From Dipteris shenzhenensis (taxonomy: Eukaryota): a stretch of 64,000 nucleotides of DNA. The first letter of the stretch is position 1. Each line of letters begins with the position of its first letter. Shown piece after piece: positions 36,835-48,500 of this stretch. The notes under the pieces were generated by a model, which was not told the DNA's origin, ran no database searches, and was given only the letters and a program-made list of their open reading frames with translations. The stretch is taken from NCBI GenBank assembly GCA_047967505.1, contig CM106538.1; one strand, 5' to 3'. The position numbers were made by a program, and so were the translations under genes.

Positions 36835-39800
36835 ATGGAGCAATCAGCTAATGGCTTTGGTAGGTGGACTCGATATCACATGGGTAGAAGAGCCTGGTTT
36901 CTTCATCAAAAGGAAAAGAGACTCTTTCTACTTATGTCAAAAAGGGAGTTCAATGGTGTTGAAGATCCATGGGATGCTACTTTCTTCAAAAAAGATATGA
37001 CTTCAAGCCTTGTAGTAGGCATAATAATTCAGCGAAAAGACACCTTTGTGGATATTTTAACAAAGAGTTCAGATCCTGAAGTTGGCGGTATGCATTTTAT
37101 TGTGTCAAGGAGAGACGCAAAGACCTTTGTGATGCCTCCTCCTCAACCATCAAAGTTTCCAGAGTTGCAAAGGACATTGGAGACTCTTTCATATACTTGG
37201 GAGCAATTTCCTAGTGTGGTGGCAAAAAGGATGCATGCAAAGATAATCTTTGAATACTTTCAGGATGCAGAATATGCTCTCCATATGCAAGAATCATCAC
37301 ATGAAGGAGATCAAAAAGCTCAGACTTCAATGCAGGGACAAGAAGAACAGGCACACTGTCACAAACCTGTAGAACATGAGCGCAAACTTGTAGAGCCAGA
37401 AATGGTGAATGTAACTAAGGATGATGAAAAACAAGCCTTGAGTGCACGGGAATTAGCAAAAATTGAAGAAGATCAAGGTCGATCCACTGCAGTTATGCTA
37501 GAAGCTCTTGCTAGCAAACCACGACGTGAAATGCAAAAGGCTAGTACTGCAAGAGCCACGGTTCCAAGCAGTAAGAAAAGACATCGTCCCACTGTAGAGA
37601 AAGATAATGTGGATGAAAAACGGTCAAAAAAAGAGAAAGATGAAGAAGACTCAGAATCCGAGGCTGAAGATGATCAAGATGAACTCACATCAATTAAAAA
37701 TCTTAATCTGCGTCTTAATGAAGCAGTTACAGATGATGATGTGGGATATATCTGGGGTCAAAGGACGTGGTTTGTGAATGCCAAAGATGTGGAAGCTGCA
37801 GCTCTGTTTACTAATAGCCGAAGCCTTGATATATCCTATGCAATGCAAATATACGAGGCTTTGAGAGATGGTAAGAAACCTGTGGCAAGTAATGTGGTCT
37901 TGCGCCCAATAATGTTTTGTCCAACCAAAAATAGTTTTCTGGATCAAATAACATTTACAGGGCCTACACATTTCGAGGAGATCTTCAGTCAATTCTTTAA
38001 AAACACTCTAAAAAATATTCCACATGAACAAGGCGAAGAGGCACAAGGAGAGAATATGCTAAAGGAAGTCAAGAAGGAATTTCTCCTTCATTGCAGATTC
38101 CAGCCCATTGATGGTCAACATTGGGCTTATGCTTGTAATCAGATCGCAAGGGAAGCAAAGGAGGGCAAAAGACTCACTCCAGAACAATTTGTAAAGATAA
38201 GCTCATTCCATTATTATCCTGCAACGATCTGTATATTCAAGCATGAGATTAAGTATTTGATTGAGTCCAAAAGACTTAATCATTATGTCCATGGAAAGCG
38301 TAAGATATCCTCAACATCAGAGGTCTTACAGAAGGCAAGGGTGATATGGACAACATTTGGTTCCCCAAATCCTGATTTGAAGCGAAAGGTCACAAAAGCA
38401 GACGCCGACACACTCACAAACTTTTATACTTCTTTGAGTGCAGTTGTGCCTAGGGGAACCCAAGAGCGGGAAGAAAGTATGACAAGCCTCAAGGTGGTGA
38501 GGGACAGATATGCCGACTATACTTCTATCATATTTCGTCCTGTTGAAGTGTTCAATGCATAGATGATTTTTTCCTATTAGTTTCGTAAAGAAGTGAAACT
38601 TTTATATTGGTGTCGAAAGTTTGTATGCCCTTATAAAAATAGAGGCTTGAAACATTCGCCAAGATTTGAAACTTTTATGAGAATAAATTTAAAGTTTCGC
38701 CAGGATTTACAAGATTTTCTTTAAAATTTAAAAGAAAATATATAAATTCCTAATATGTTATACAAATATAGTGAAACTAAAAAAACTAGCTCGATAAACT
38801 TTCGCCAAGATATAATATTAATATACAAGCATAGCTTCGATAAAAACATCCTTGGTTCAATGAGATGCTTGAAACGTGCATTGCTTGTGAGCGTGGACAG
38901 CTGACCTATGAAGCTCCTTTGTTTATCTCCGGCAAGTCAAAGGTAATGGATAAGAAGGAGTTGACGGCAAGGATGTGGAGGCCTGTAAAGTACTTACCTG
39001 ATAAGTATGCATCCATGGCAGCACAAAGAATTTTAAAGAAAGAATGGTTTTTTGGAAAAAAAGACAAAGACCACTGCATGGAAGAATGCATCAATGTACA
39101 GGTGAGGCGTGATGCAGTGCATAGTGCCATCAAGTATTTGCTGTCAGAGAAACAAATTCCACTTACTCATTGCAACATTGACTATAATGTGGTGAAGCAT
39201 ATAGCTTCTTTGTCAACACCCAAGGTAAAGCTATGGGCCAACAGGTGGATTAAAAAGGATGAAGATGGGTCGGAAATAGTAACCTCTTATATGAGAAAAG
39301 AGATCCCACAACAGGTGGTTGCATATGTGGAAAGATTAATCAGCGAGATAAGAATGCCAACAGATATGCACCAAAGCTTTCAATTCAATGTAGAGGTTAC
39401 GGCAGAGTCTGGAAAGCTTGTCAACTTCAGGGGAGTCTCAGAAGATGACTTCTTTAAGAATGAGTCAGCATGGGATAAGCCACAACTATTCTTTATCAAT
39501 GAAGTTTCTAGCGATGATATCCATAACTTCATTGATAGAATAGTATATACCACCATTAGCAAAGTGGCGATTTGTAACATTGTCATATTTGTTGATAAAA
39601 AAGACAAAGAAGCCATGCAGGTTACTCTAGAGCGAGCATATTCATCAGATTTGAAGATCTATAGTGGTGTTTATGCAGCAAAGAGAGGCAAGAGAGAATG
39701 TGGCATAGCGAACTCTTGAATCATTCTTTCTATGTATGCGGAGTCCCAACCCTGATCACTCTTTACAAAAGAACATAAGAGGGAATTCAAATAATTTGAG

Positions 39801-40104
39801 ATTGATGCTAGAAGAGCAAGATATTCCCAGGTCCATACATTATCAAAAAAACAACTACGGAAGTCCTGCAAAAAGTGGGAGTCTCTTGCTTACCATGATG
39901 GAGAATTTGCTGCCGGCAGGTTGGGAGGTCACCTTGTGCAGGATGGGATATTTATTTGAGGATCTCCTAAGAAAAGGCAACTCCACCAATATTATTGAAA
40001 ATAAGCATTTCATGGCCTATTTCCAGCTTCAAGCAGATCTAACCACAGGCTATGAAAAAGAGATAGACCACAAGGACACCGATGACATGGATGATTTAAG
40101 CTAA
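36835..40104 (+). pseudogene. Large protein (about 990 codons reconstructed): unknown N-domain, charged linker with NLS-like motifs, ParB/DGQHR-like domain, degenerate DNA amino-MTase-like C-terminus
   Basis: Acceptor TTGTAG at 36830, ATG at 36835. ORF 36742-38562 joins 38865-39719 in frame after removing the MITE (EVFNEMLETC). One frameshift near 39716 leads into 39736-40104. Motif QPIDGQHWAYA at 38101-38133. Domain names are by-eye inference. Confidence 0.7.
38558..38854. mobile_element. hAT-type MITE, 297 bp, 8-bp TSD GTTCAATG
   Basis: GTTCAATG at 38550-38557 and 38855-38862; imperfect TIRs CATAGATGATTTT / AAAAACATCCTTG; AT-rich interior with TTTCG/CGAAA repeats; removal restores the reading frame. 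Confidence 0.9.
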
Positions 40105-40202
40105 CATTTGTTTATTTATTCACAGTTCAGTTATATATCAGTTTCCTAGTGCAAAATGCAAATCAATTCTATGAGCTAATGTTTGTTTATTTCTTGGTGT
40201 AG

Positions 40203-43200
40203 TGTAGTTATTTCTCAACTTCCTAGTACAGTGCAGCATCGTGTCTACATGCTCGATCTCTCCTTTCTTCTATTCTTAGCTCTCCTCAAAAGACTATAGA
40301 AGATGTTTGTACCTGGTTAAGCCCTTTGAATTTAGATGGGGTGCGAGTCATCTTAATGCCTTATCATGAGGCGTAAGTATCAACTCTAACCTTATTTTTA
40401 CTATTTCTTTGGCAAGTTTGTGTAAAACAATAATCATTTTTATTCTGGTCGTGTAGCTCACATTGGAGCTTGATCTTCTGGGACCTTTAACTCAACCATT
40501 TATGGTTTGTGAATTCAATAGAAGGCTATCATGCCAACTCCCCAAGGTAATTATTCTCTTAATATTTTTGATACTTTCTTATTTTGTATCTTATGATCAT
40601 GACATATTAATATATTTCATATGTCATGCTGGACAGTGCTACATATCGGCTAGTATCTGCTGTCAGAACAACCACGGAGCAACAAGATCAAGTAGAATTC
40701 AAAAGACGTCTGCCAGTGGAGCAAAAAGATGGACACAGCTGTGGGTGGAGAGTCGCCTACAACTGCATGTTGTTTCTTAGAGAGATTTTTGATCTAGAGT
40801 TACCAGTCAAAATGGAATCATATACAGAAGCTGATCTGCTAGCATTTCGGGCTGAGAGTATTCAGCATCTAATTACTACCATTGGGAAACAACATGAAAA
40901 TATGACTACATTGCAGCATGTATAAAACCTTATCTTTATACTTGTATACTTGTTCCAGCCTTTAATTGGGATGTATAAATCTCATAACTTTTTTATATTT
41001 TCTTCCAAAAGGAGAAGAGAATGAGTTTAATGAAAGCATGCTATCTTTATACTTTTATAATTATTTAAACCATTAATTTTATTTGGGATGTATAAATCTC
41101 ATAACTTGTCTAATGAAAGCATGCTATCTTTATACTTCTATGATTATTTAAACCATTATTTTTATTTGGGATGTGTAAATCTCATAACTTTTTAAATTTT
41201 TCATCCAAGAGAAGGAGAGACTCACTCTAATGAAAGCATGTATGAAACCTTTTTAAATTTTTGCTACAAGCAGAGGAGAGACTTACACTAATGAAAGCAT
41301 ATATGAAACCTTATCTGCTTGTTTAAGCCTTTATTTGGGATGTGTACATCGCAGAAGGAGGATGTGGAGGACATAGCAAGTGAAGAAGAATACGATGTAG
41401 ACTACTCCCTCAACAAGATGAGTCATAAAAATATGAATCTATTGGAGCAGATTGGAAGTTCATTCACTGCTATGTTGTTAATTCGACAACAACCTCATTT
41501 TTTTGAATTTGGTGAAGAAGAGATTTCAATCCTCTTGAATCCCAAGAATGAGGTTAATGTCAAAGTCATTACAACCATCCTCAGGTTTGATGCAGCCTTT
41601 TCCTTGGCTTTATACTTTGCTTATTTTGATTAAACCCAAGAAGCTAATACTTTTTTTTTTAATATAGCAATGTTATAGCAAATTTTCCGCAAAATATACA
41701 AAGCGTTTCATATATGCTCGATCCTCGTATTTCGGAAGTGCTTATCAACAAAGAAGAAACCATAGAGAATGTTTGCAAGTGGTTGAAGCACATTCCTATG
41801 AATGACGCACGAGTTATTTTTACAGCATATTATGAGAAGTAAGCATCAAACCCTACTTGTTTTTTCTATTGCATTTGCTAGAATTGTCTCAAACACAATA
41901 ATTATTCTTTATTGATAATGTAGCTCACATTGGAGTCTGGTAGTCGTGGACATCCTTGCGAAGAAGTGCTTCTTTGCAAACTCAATGACATCCGTCCATG
42001 GCAATGTGTTAGAGTAAGTATAGACTACACTTGTTGTCACTTCTTGACATGTAGATTGATATGCAATGCACATATTCACTGTTGTTATATGTTTTGATAT
42101 GCAGATCAGCTCGAAAATTAGTAGATGCTATCGACATAGTAATGCGGCAATGTGACTTGGCACAACAAATAGAGTATATAACATGTCAGGTATCACATCA
42201 AGATAATAGCCACATCTATAATTGTGGATGGAGGGTGGGCTACAATTGCTTTTTGGTACTTGGTCAAATTTTTGAGATGCAAAATGACACCACACTATCA
42301 ACATATACGGATTTGCATCTCTATGCATTTATAACATGTACCATTCGAGCAATCATTGATTGCGAAATGAATGCCATCAAAGAGTCAAAGAGGATAGATG
42401 ACCTCAACTCTACAAACATGGCCTCATTAAAAGAATTGGGAAGCTCTTTTAATGTTAGGGTTATGATTCAACATAGACCTCAGTATCTTGAATTTGGGGG
42501 AGAAGAGATTTCAATTCTCTCTAGAGCTTCAAATGAGGTCAATAACAACGTTATGATGGCCATTCTCAGGTTTGATACAAACTTTTTCTCTACTTGATAA
42601 TTCAATATTTTGATTTAATCTAATAAGCTAATAAGCTAATATTCATTTATTTTGATTAAATCTAATAAGCTAATATTCATTTATTTGTTGGTGCAGTATA
42701 GTTATCTCACGATTTGGTAGAGTCGTACAAAATCGTGCGTATATGTTGGATTCCCTCCTTTCTCCTATACTTAGCGATAGCAGAAAGACAATAGCCGATG
42801 TTTGTAAATTATTACAGCCTTTACATTTACATGGCGTGCGAGTCCTATTTATGGCATATCATGAGATGTAAGTATCATGGCAACCTTTACTTTCATCTTG
42901 TACTGGCAACATTGTGTTAAATAATAATGGTTCTTAATTATTCGTGTAGGGAACATTGGAGTCTGGTGGTTTGGAACCTTGAAGACAACTATTGTTGGTT
43001 TGTTAACTCCATTGCAGGCTTTCATGGCTCAGTGCAAACGTAAGTATTCTATTAATCTGTTGTTACTTCTATATTATGTACCTTATGTGATAGATACACT
43101 AAGTTTTTTTAATATGTCACGATGAGCAGGTCGATTGAGAAGTTGGTATCTGCTATCAGAGAAACAGGACAGTACAAAGACTCGGTAGACTTCCAAAAGC

Positions 43201-43421
43201 GTTTAGTAGTAGAGCAGGAAGATGGGCATAGTTGTGGGTGGAGAGTTGCCTACAACTGCATGTTGATTTTCAAAGAAATTTTCTCACTTATGCCACAGAT
43301 CTCATCGGAAGACTCTTTGGAGCTCAAATATTCAAAGGAGGATATACAATTGTTTAGGGCTGAAATCATTCGAGACCTAATTGCTGCCTTGTTCCATGAC
43401 ATGCATCATTTCTTCTCTTAG
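40203..43421 (+). pseudogene. Multi-exon gene with three tandem Ulp1-like (peptidase C48, clan CE) protease modules
   Basis: Each module has the same exon series: YMLD..VCxWL..RV..YHE / HWSL..F(V/A)NS / Q.DGHSCGWRVAYNC (module 2: QDNSHIYNCGWRVGYNC). Conserved GT-AG intron positions. Module 1 has a TAA and an indel. Confidence 0.85.
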
Positions 43422-46400
43422 CTTCATGGTCATGGCCTCTAGGTGATCTTCATTATATCTTTGTATAGTGGACTTGGATTTTTCCTTTTTAGAGCACGTA
43501 TGATCTCATGCATTGGCTCTTCCATCATCAGTGCTGGTGTCAAAGTCTGTCATGCCATCCTCGATGTCAATGGTTGTCGCATGAGCAGCACTGAATGTTT
43601 CGTAACTGCTAATCTTTTTCATGTCTTTACAGATTTTCTTCCTTAGGCTTACAATGAACTAGGCCATGAGGTATTTATCATTGGGATGTGGTTCACATTT
43701 GGCAATTAAGCATTTCATCTTGCCCAAGTACATGTGTACATCTTCTCTCACTGACCTTGTTTGAGCTTTCTTAGTTGGAGAGTGGAATCATCTTGTAGTC
43801 TCTTCATTTGAAAGTGCCTCTTGAATTTAGTTTGTAGCAGGTCCCATATGGCTCTTTCTTCCACTAGGAGATCTAGGTACCATTCTGAGGCTTCATCGGT
43901 TAAGCATGCGACCTTGGTTTCATGGGGATTTATCTCCTCCAGCTCGGCATGCAGCATCAAAATGCTGGAGGAATCTTGCTGGATCACTTTGTCCATTGTA
44001 TTTGGGAAGTTGGAGTTTGCCCAAGGGTTGCCTACCTTGATTGTTATTATTGTGGCCAAAATTGTTGCGAGGGTTAAAGAAACTGTCGGCATATGCCTCC
44101 TGGTCAATGTCACCATCATCGTGACGACAATCCCCTTTTTGTGTCTTGGAGGAGTCAAAGGGATTGGCTCAATTTCAAGGGGAGAATTTGGAGCAGAGGG
44201 TTGTCGAGGGCATTGGTTGGAGCATAGTTGCATGCAAATTTGTCAAGAGGTGGAGCAGGTGCCTCTTTCACAAGTGTGGGTGTTGATGTAGGTGTGTTAG
44301 GGAGGTTAGAGATGCACTAGTGTGGTAGGGACTGTTGTGTTAATAATGTGCCTAGGATGGTCCCATGTGAGTGCAAAAATGTGCATGTGTAGACGAATCA
44401 TCAATTGGAGGTCATGGTGGAAATTTATGAGTGAATTAGTGCAAAAGGGGACCCACACAAGGACGCAAATCAACAAGTGCTAGGGATGATGAAATGGTGT
44501 AAAATGGACTGGAAAAATGCCTTGTAGTGTGATGTTTCCATGTGCAAAACAGTGGTTCAAACTGGGTTCAATTCAACCGCCAAACAAGTGAGTTATGGAG
44601 GGTCAAATGTGGGTCAAAATGAGGCCCTTTTTTGGGATGGGGGGATCCTTTGGCCAAAAGTGTGGTGTGAATGGGCCTAATATTTGAGGGAATTGGACTA
44701 GGGTAGTCTAACTAGCTAGTTAGCCTAAGCATCCAGTTACTTCAATGAGCCAATTACTATAATTATTGGTTAGAGTCACTATTAGTTAGAGTAGCCGTTA
44801 GTTAGAGTAACTATCTATTATTGTAACCTAACTTAGTCTAACCTAACCTATCTATCAGTTACACTAACCTAATGACAACTAAGCTAGTTAACCTAATCTA
44901 ATAGCAATTAGCCTAACCTAGCAATAGTTGCTCTAGCCTAGTGGCAGTTAACCTAACTAGTGGCAATTAACCTAACTAGTGGCAGTTAACCTAATCTAGT
45001 GGCAATTAACTTAACTAGAGTTAGTGGTTAGGTTAAGGTTAACACCTCTCTTTTTTTAAAGGTGTGTGGTTTTGGAGGGAGTGGTGGTCGTCGGTGGGTG
45101 GGTGGATGGCTAGGTTATTGCTACGAGAAGCACTCGAAGCAATTCGACGATGAGGATGGGAGTAGGATGGTGGTCAATGGAGAGGGATGAGGGTCTTCAG
45201 TAGGGCTCAAAATGAGAAAGAGGATCGAGTCTAGATGTGAAAGAAGAAGAATGAGGGGATGGAGTGGGTTTTTATAGGAATGGAGGAGGGAGGGGTTTAG
45301 GGTTTGGTATAAACCCTAGAACCTTCCCGTACCATGACTTTTAATGGTTTGCTCGGATCGCTCTTCTATAAAAAGGTAAAATGCTTGAAATTGTGAGCTC
45401 TACAGATTGGTCTCCATTAGATAACCTGATTTTTTTTTCAAGTGGTTTCTTTTTTAGAAATAAAAATTTTATAAAGATAATAACCCAAGGTTGATGCTTG
45501 GGTTTGATACTTTTGGAAAATTTTTCACTCTCCTAGCCCTTGAGTAATATGACTGTCATAGTTTGAGGTAGTTTGCCCTTTACACATACTTGTGTATGCT
45601 TACTCATTACTTAAGATGGTAGTCTCCTCAGCAACAGTGCCAAATGTTATCTTTTCCACGGCTTTCGCAGGAAGAGTAAGGTATTCTTAGCATGCGGGGT
45701 TCCGAGGCTTTTTGTCACCTACAGATATATCGGTGTCATTTGTAGTATAAGTGTAGCTGAGGACCTCGGGTCATATTCCGATGAGAGATGTAAGCTTAAA
45801 TGTGGTAAGGAAACATCCCACATGTTTGTATGAAAGGAACGTGCATCATCATGGTTGGGGTAATGAAGGGTTTTGCCTCCATTGGGGGTTTAAAGGTTTA
45901 GAAAGAGTTTAAGGGTTAGAGGGAGGTTCAGGGTTTAGAAGAGGTTCCAAGGTTTAGAAGGGGTTTCAAGATTTAGAGAGGTCCCAAGGTTCAAAAGGAG
46001 TTTAAGGGTTAGAAGGAGGATCCAAGGTTCAGAGTAGAATATAAGGCAAAGCATCCGTTCCTTATAGATCATGAAGGTCAAAGGTTGAGGGACTAAGGGT
46101 TTAGGGGGAGCATAGGAGTGGGAGATGAAGAAGGTGTAAGAGCATGGGAGAGGAGTAGAGAGGAGGAGGGAGGAGGAGAGGGAGGAGAAGGGAGAAGGAG
46201 AGGGAGAAGAGAAGTTGGGAGAAGGAGAGGGAGAGGAGGGGTTGCAAATTTGGAGGAGAGGGGACAAGGAGTTGCAAGGTTAGGACATGCTTTTGGAGGT
46301 GGAGTGCAAGGAAGCATGGATACTTGGGGACAATTACTTGGAATACAAAACTAGAACTCAACACAATGTCCCAAAGGATGTGGGATTCATTCCATTACAT

Positions 46401-46750
46401 GGGGTATTTATATAAGTTGGAGAGCTTCTCTCTCTACATGTAGGAGTTGTAAGACATTCTTTCTCTACATGCATAACTTGCATCTAGAAATTGCATTGAG
46501 GAGTTGCATGTTGCATGTCAAAGTTGTATGTTGCATGTAGGAACTACAGTTCCTACATGTAGGAGTTGCATGTAGAATATGCATATAGGAGTTGCATGTA
46601 GGACTTGTATGTAGAACATGCATGTAGGAGTTGCACATAGAACTTGCATGTAGGACTTGCATACATGTAGAACGTGCATGTAGGAGTTGGATGTAGGACA
46701 CGCTTATAGGAATTGCATGTAGATCTTTGCATGTTGAAGATAGTTTTTGA
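43400..46750 (-). mobile_element. Ty3/Gypsy (Athila/Tat-like) 5' fragment: LTR, PBS, leader, gag remnant
   Basis: Retrotrans_gag-like ACLTDEASEWY..WDLLQTKFKRHF (43748-44233). Minus-strand ...TAACA-TT-TGGCACTGTTGCTGAGGAGA (45623-45649) resembles the TGGCGCCGTTGCCGGGGA PBS. LTR from 45645 rightward, far end uncertain; 13-bp GCATGTAGGAGTT repeats at 46430-46740. Confidence 0.65.
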
Positions 46751-46827
46751 GGATTCCTAAGGGAGATTATTCCTAGCCTTATGCAAGTAACAAGGGAAGC
46801 TTTACCGCTACTCTACACACACATTCT

Positions 46828-47475
46828 ATGCTACCTAAGTCCATGTTGGCACATAGGCAGCAACAGGTGGTGCAGTGTCATGGATGTCTTGTGCACAAAA
46901 GTGTCTACCACAGAGGCCGAGTACATATTGCAACCAAAGAGGGTTGCAAGGGAGATATATGGATTGATCAGCTAGTGAGAGATTTGGTGATTCTTACAAG
47001 TATACTAACATTGCATAGTGATTCCATGAGTGCCATTCAACTAACATGGAATCCGGTCTTTCATTCAAAGACCAAACACATTGAGGTCAGGTACCATTTC
47101 ATCAGGGAGGTACTTGAGGACAAGCACATAGAGCTTACAGTCAAGGTTCATACAGAAGATAACCCTGCAGATATGTTGATGAAGAGTCTATCTAGTCAGC
47201 GGTTTGAGTATTGTCGCATGTTGATGGGCATTAGATAGTATGCTCACTAGTTGTCCTCCCTTAAAGGCCCATTGGCCTTTAAGTGAGAGGTTTTGGGGGT
47301 TAAATGCCACTATGCCTTAACCCCAGTTATGTACATTGCTCAAACAAACACATATATATATATGGATGATATAGAAGATTAGGGTGTTTTGCACCCACCA
47401 AAATTTGTGTGGCTCTCTTGTAGCTCTCCCTCTCTCTCACCCTCTTTCGTTCCACTTCCATTGAGAGCACTTTCA
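46828..47475 (+). mobile_element. Ty1/Copia 3' fragment: RNase H, PPT-like tract, short LTR remnant
   Basis: STTEAEY..LHSDSMSAIQL..NPVFHSKTKHIEVRYHFIRE..KVHTEDNPADML; AAGTGAGAGG at about 47281 followed by LTR-like sequence. Confidence 0.85.
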
Positions 47476-47479
47476 TAAT

Positions 47480-47930
47480 GGTGATTAAGATTCATGATTT
47501 ACGTCAGTGGTAATTACTACCACATTCCGCTAATGGTGGTGGATAAGATTTCACCGAGGTAGCGTCTAAGATTACCAGTCACGTTTGTGGTGGCGGATAA
47601 GATTCCATCTCGCTGGTAGTTAATTACCAGCCATCGCAATGGACCACAATTACTCATCTACTAGTTATCATGATCGGGCTTGCATGATCAGTAGAGTTTA
47701 GTTAATTACCAGTCTCACTGGGCTTCCATTCCTAGTAGAGTGCATGGTAATGAGTGATTAAGGGTTATCAAGCTTCATGATTAACGTTTGTATGGTAATT
47801 GTTGCCACCTTTTGCCGTTGGTTGCAACCAGTGGGGGTGGCTCTAAGGTGGCATCTAAGATTACCAGCCATGTTTGTGGTGGTGGCTAAGATTCCACCGG
47901 GCTGGCAGTTAATTATCAGCCACCGCACTA
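47480..47930. repeat. Unclassified repeat block with CTAAGATTACCAG / GGTGGATAAGATT units
   Basis: An about 75-bp segment at 47566-47640 is repeated at 47855-47930, with shorter sub-repeats. Confidence 0.65.
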
Positions 47931-47934
47931 TGTC

Positions 47935-48500
47935 CCGAAGTTTAACCAACACCGTGCAAATCTAAAGAAGGATGCCACACCAACTAAAATGCAATGATAC
48001 TACATGAACCCTTGCATTGCATAGCTGGTGAAGACTAAATTAGAGTGACTATTGCAGGTGGGATTCATCACACCCATTGAAAAATCGGAGTGTATTTCTC
48101 CAATAATTATCATGCTAAAGAAGAACAAAAAGCTACAGTTCTGTGTGGACTACCGCAAACTCAATGCAGCTATTGTAACCACTCCCATATATGAATTCTA
48201 TGCTTGATGAGGTGGCGGGGCATGAATTAGTATATTCCTTTTGAGATGGATACAACGGCTACAATGAGATTAGAATGGCCCCGGAGGACCATTCAAAGAC
48301 CACGTTTATCACACTGCATGGGGGGTGTATGTCTACAAAGTGATGTGGTTTGCTTTGCGAAGTGCGCCATCCACGTTTTAGCATGCCATGTAGGAGATCT
48401 TTGAAGAATACTCGACGAACTTTGTGAGAAACTTCTTGGATGATCTTAGTGTGTTCACTGAGAAGGGAAAGCACCCTAATGCTATGCTTTCTTGCAGACA
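47935..48500 (+). pseudogene. Ty3/Gypsy reverse transcriptase fragment
   Basis: Manual translation gives LLQVGFITPIE..SPIII.LKKNKKLQFCVDYRKLNA, DGYNGYNEIRMAPEDHSKTTF, SAPSTF and NFLDDLSVF, with stops and frameshifts. Confidence 0.85.

Larger units (their letters stand above)
17641..43400 (+). mobile_element. Putative giant cargo-bearing CACTA element (left terminus present, right terminus not found)
   Basis: CACTACAAGACATGG at 17641; GTCGGTAT/ATACCGAC subterminal repeats at 17750-17880 and 20280-20330; Tnp2 N-terminus at 23359; TnpA-like exon; Ulp1 modules. Continuity across the 23884 junction and the right boundary are inferred. Confidence 0.55.

Noticed and set aside
44520-44529. CCTTGTAGTG as the right terminus of the 17641 element
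   Set aside because: The match is short, is followed by TGA rather than the expected GTT TSD, lacks subterminal repeats, and lies within a Gypsy leader.
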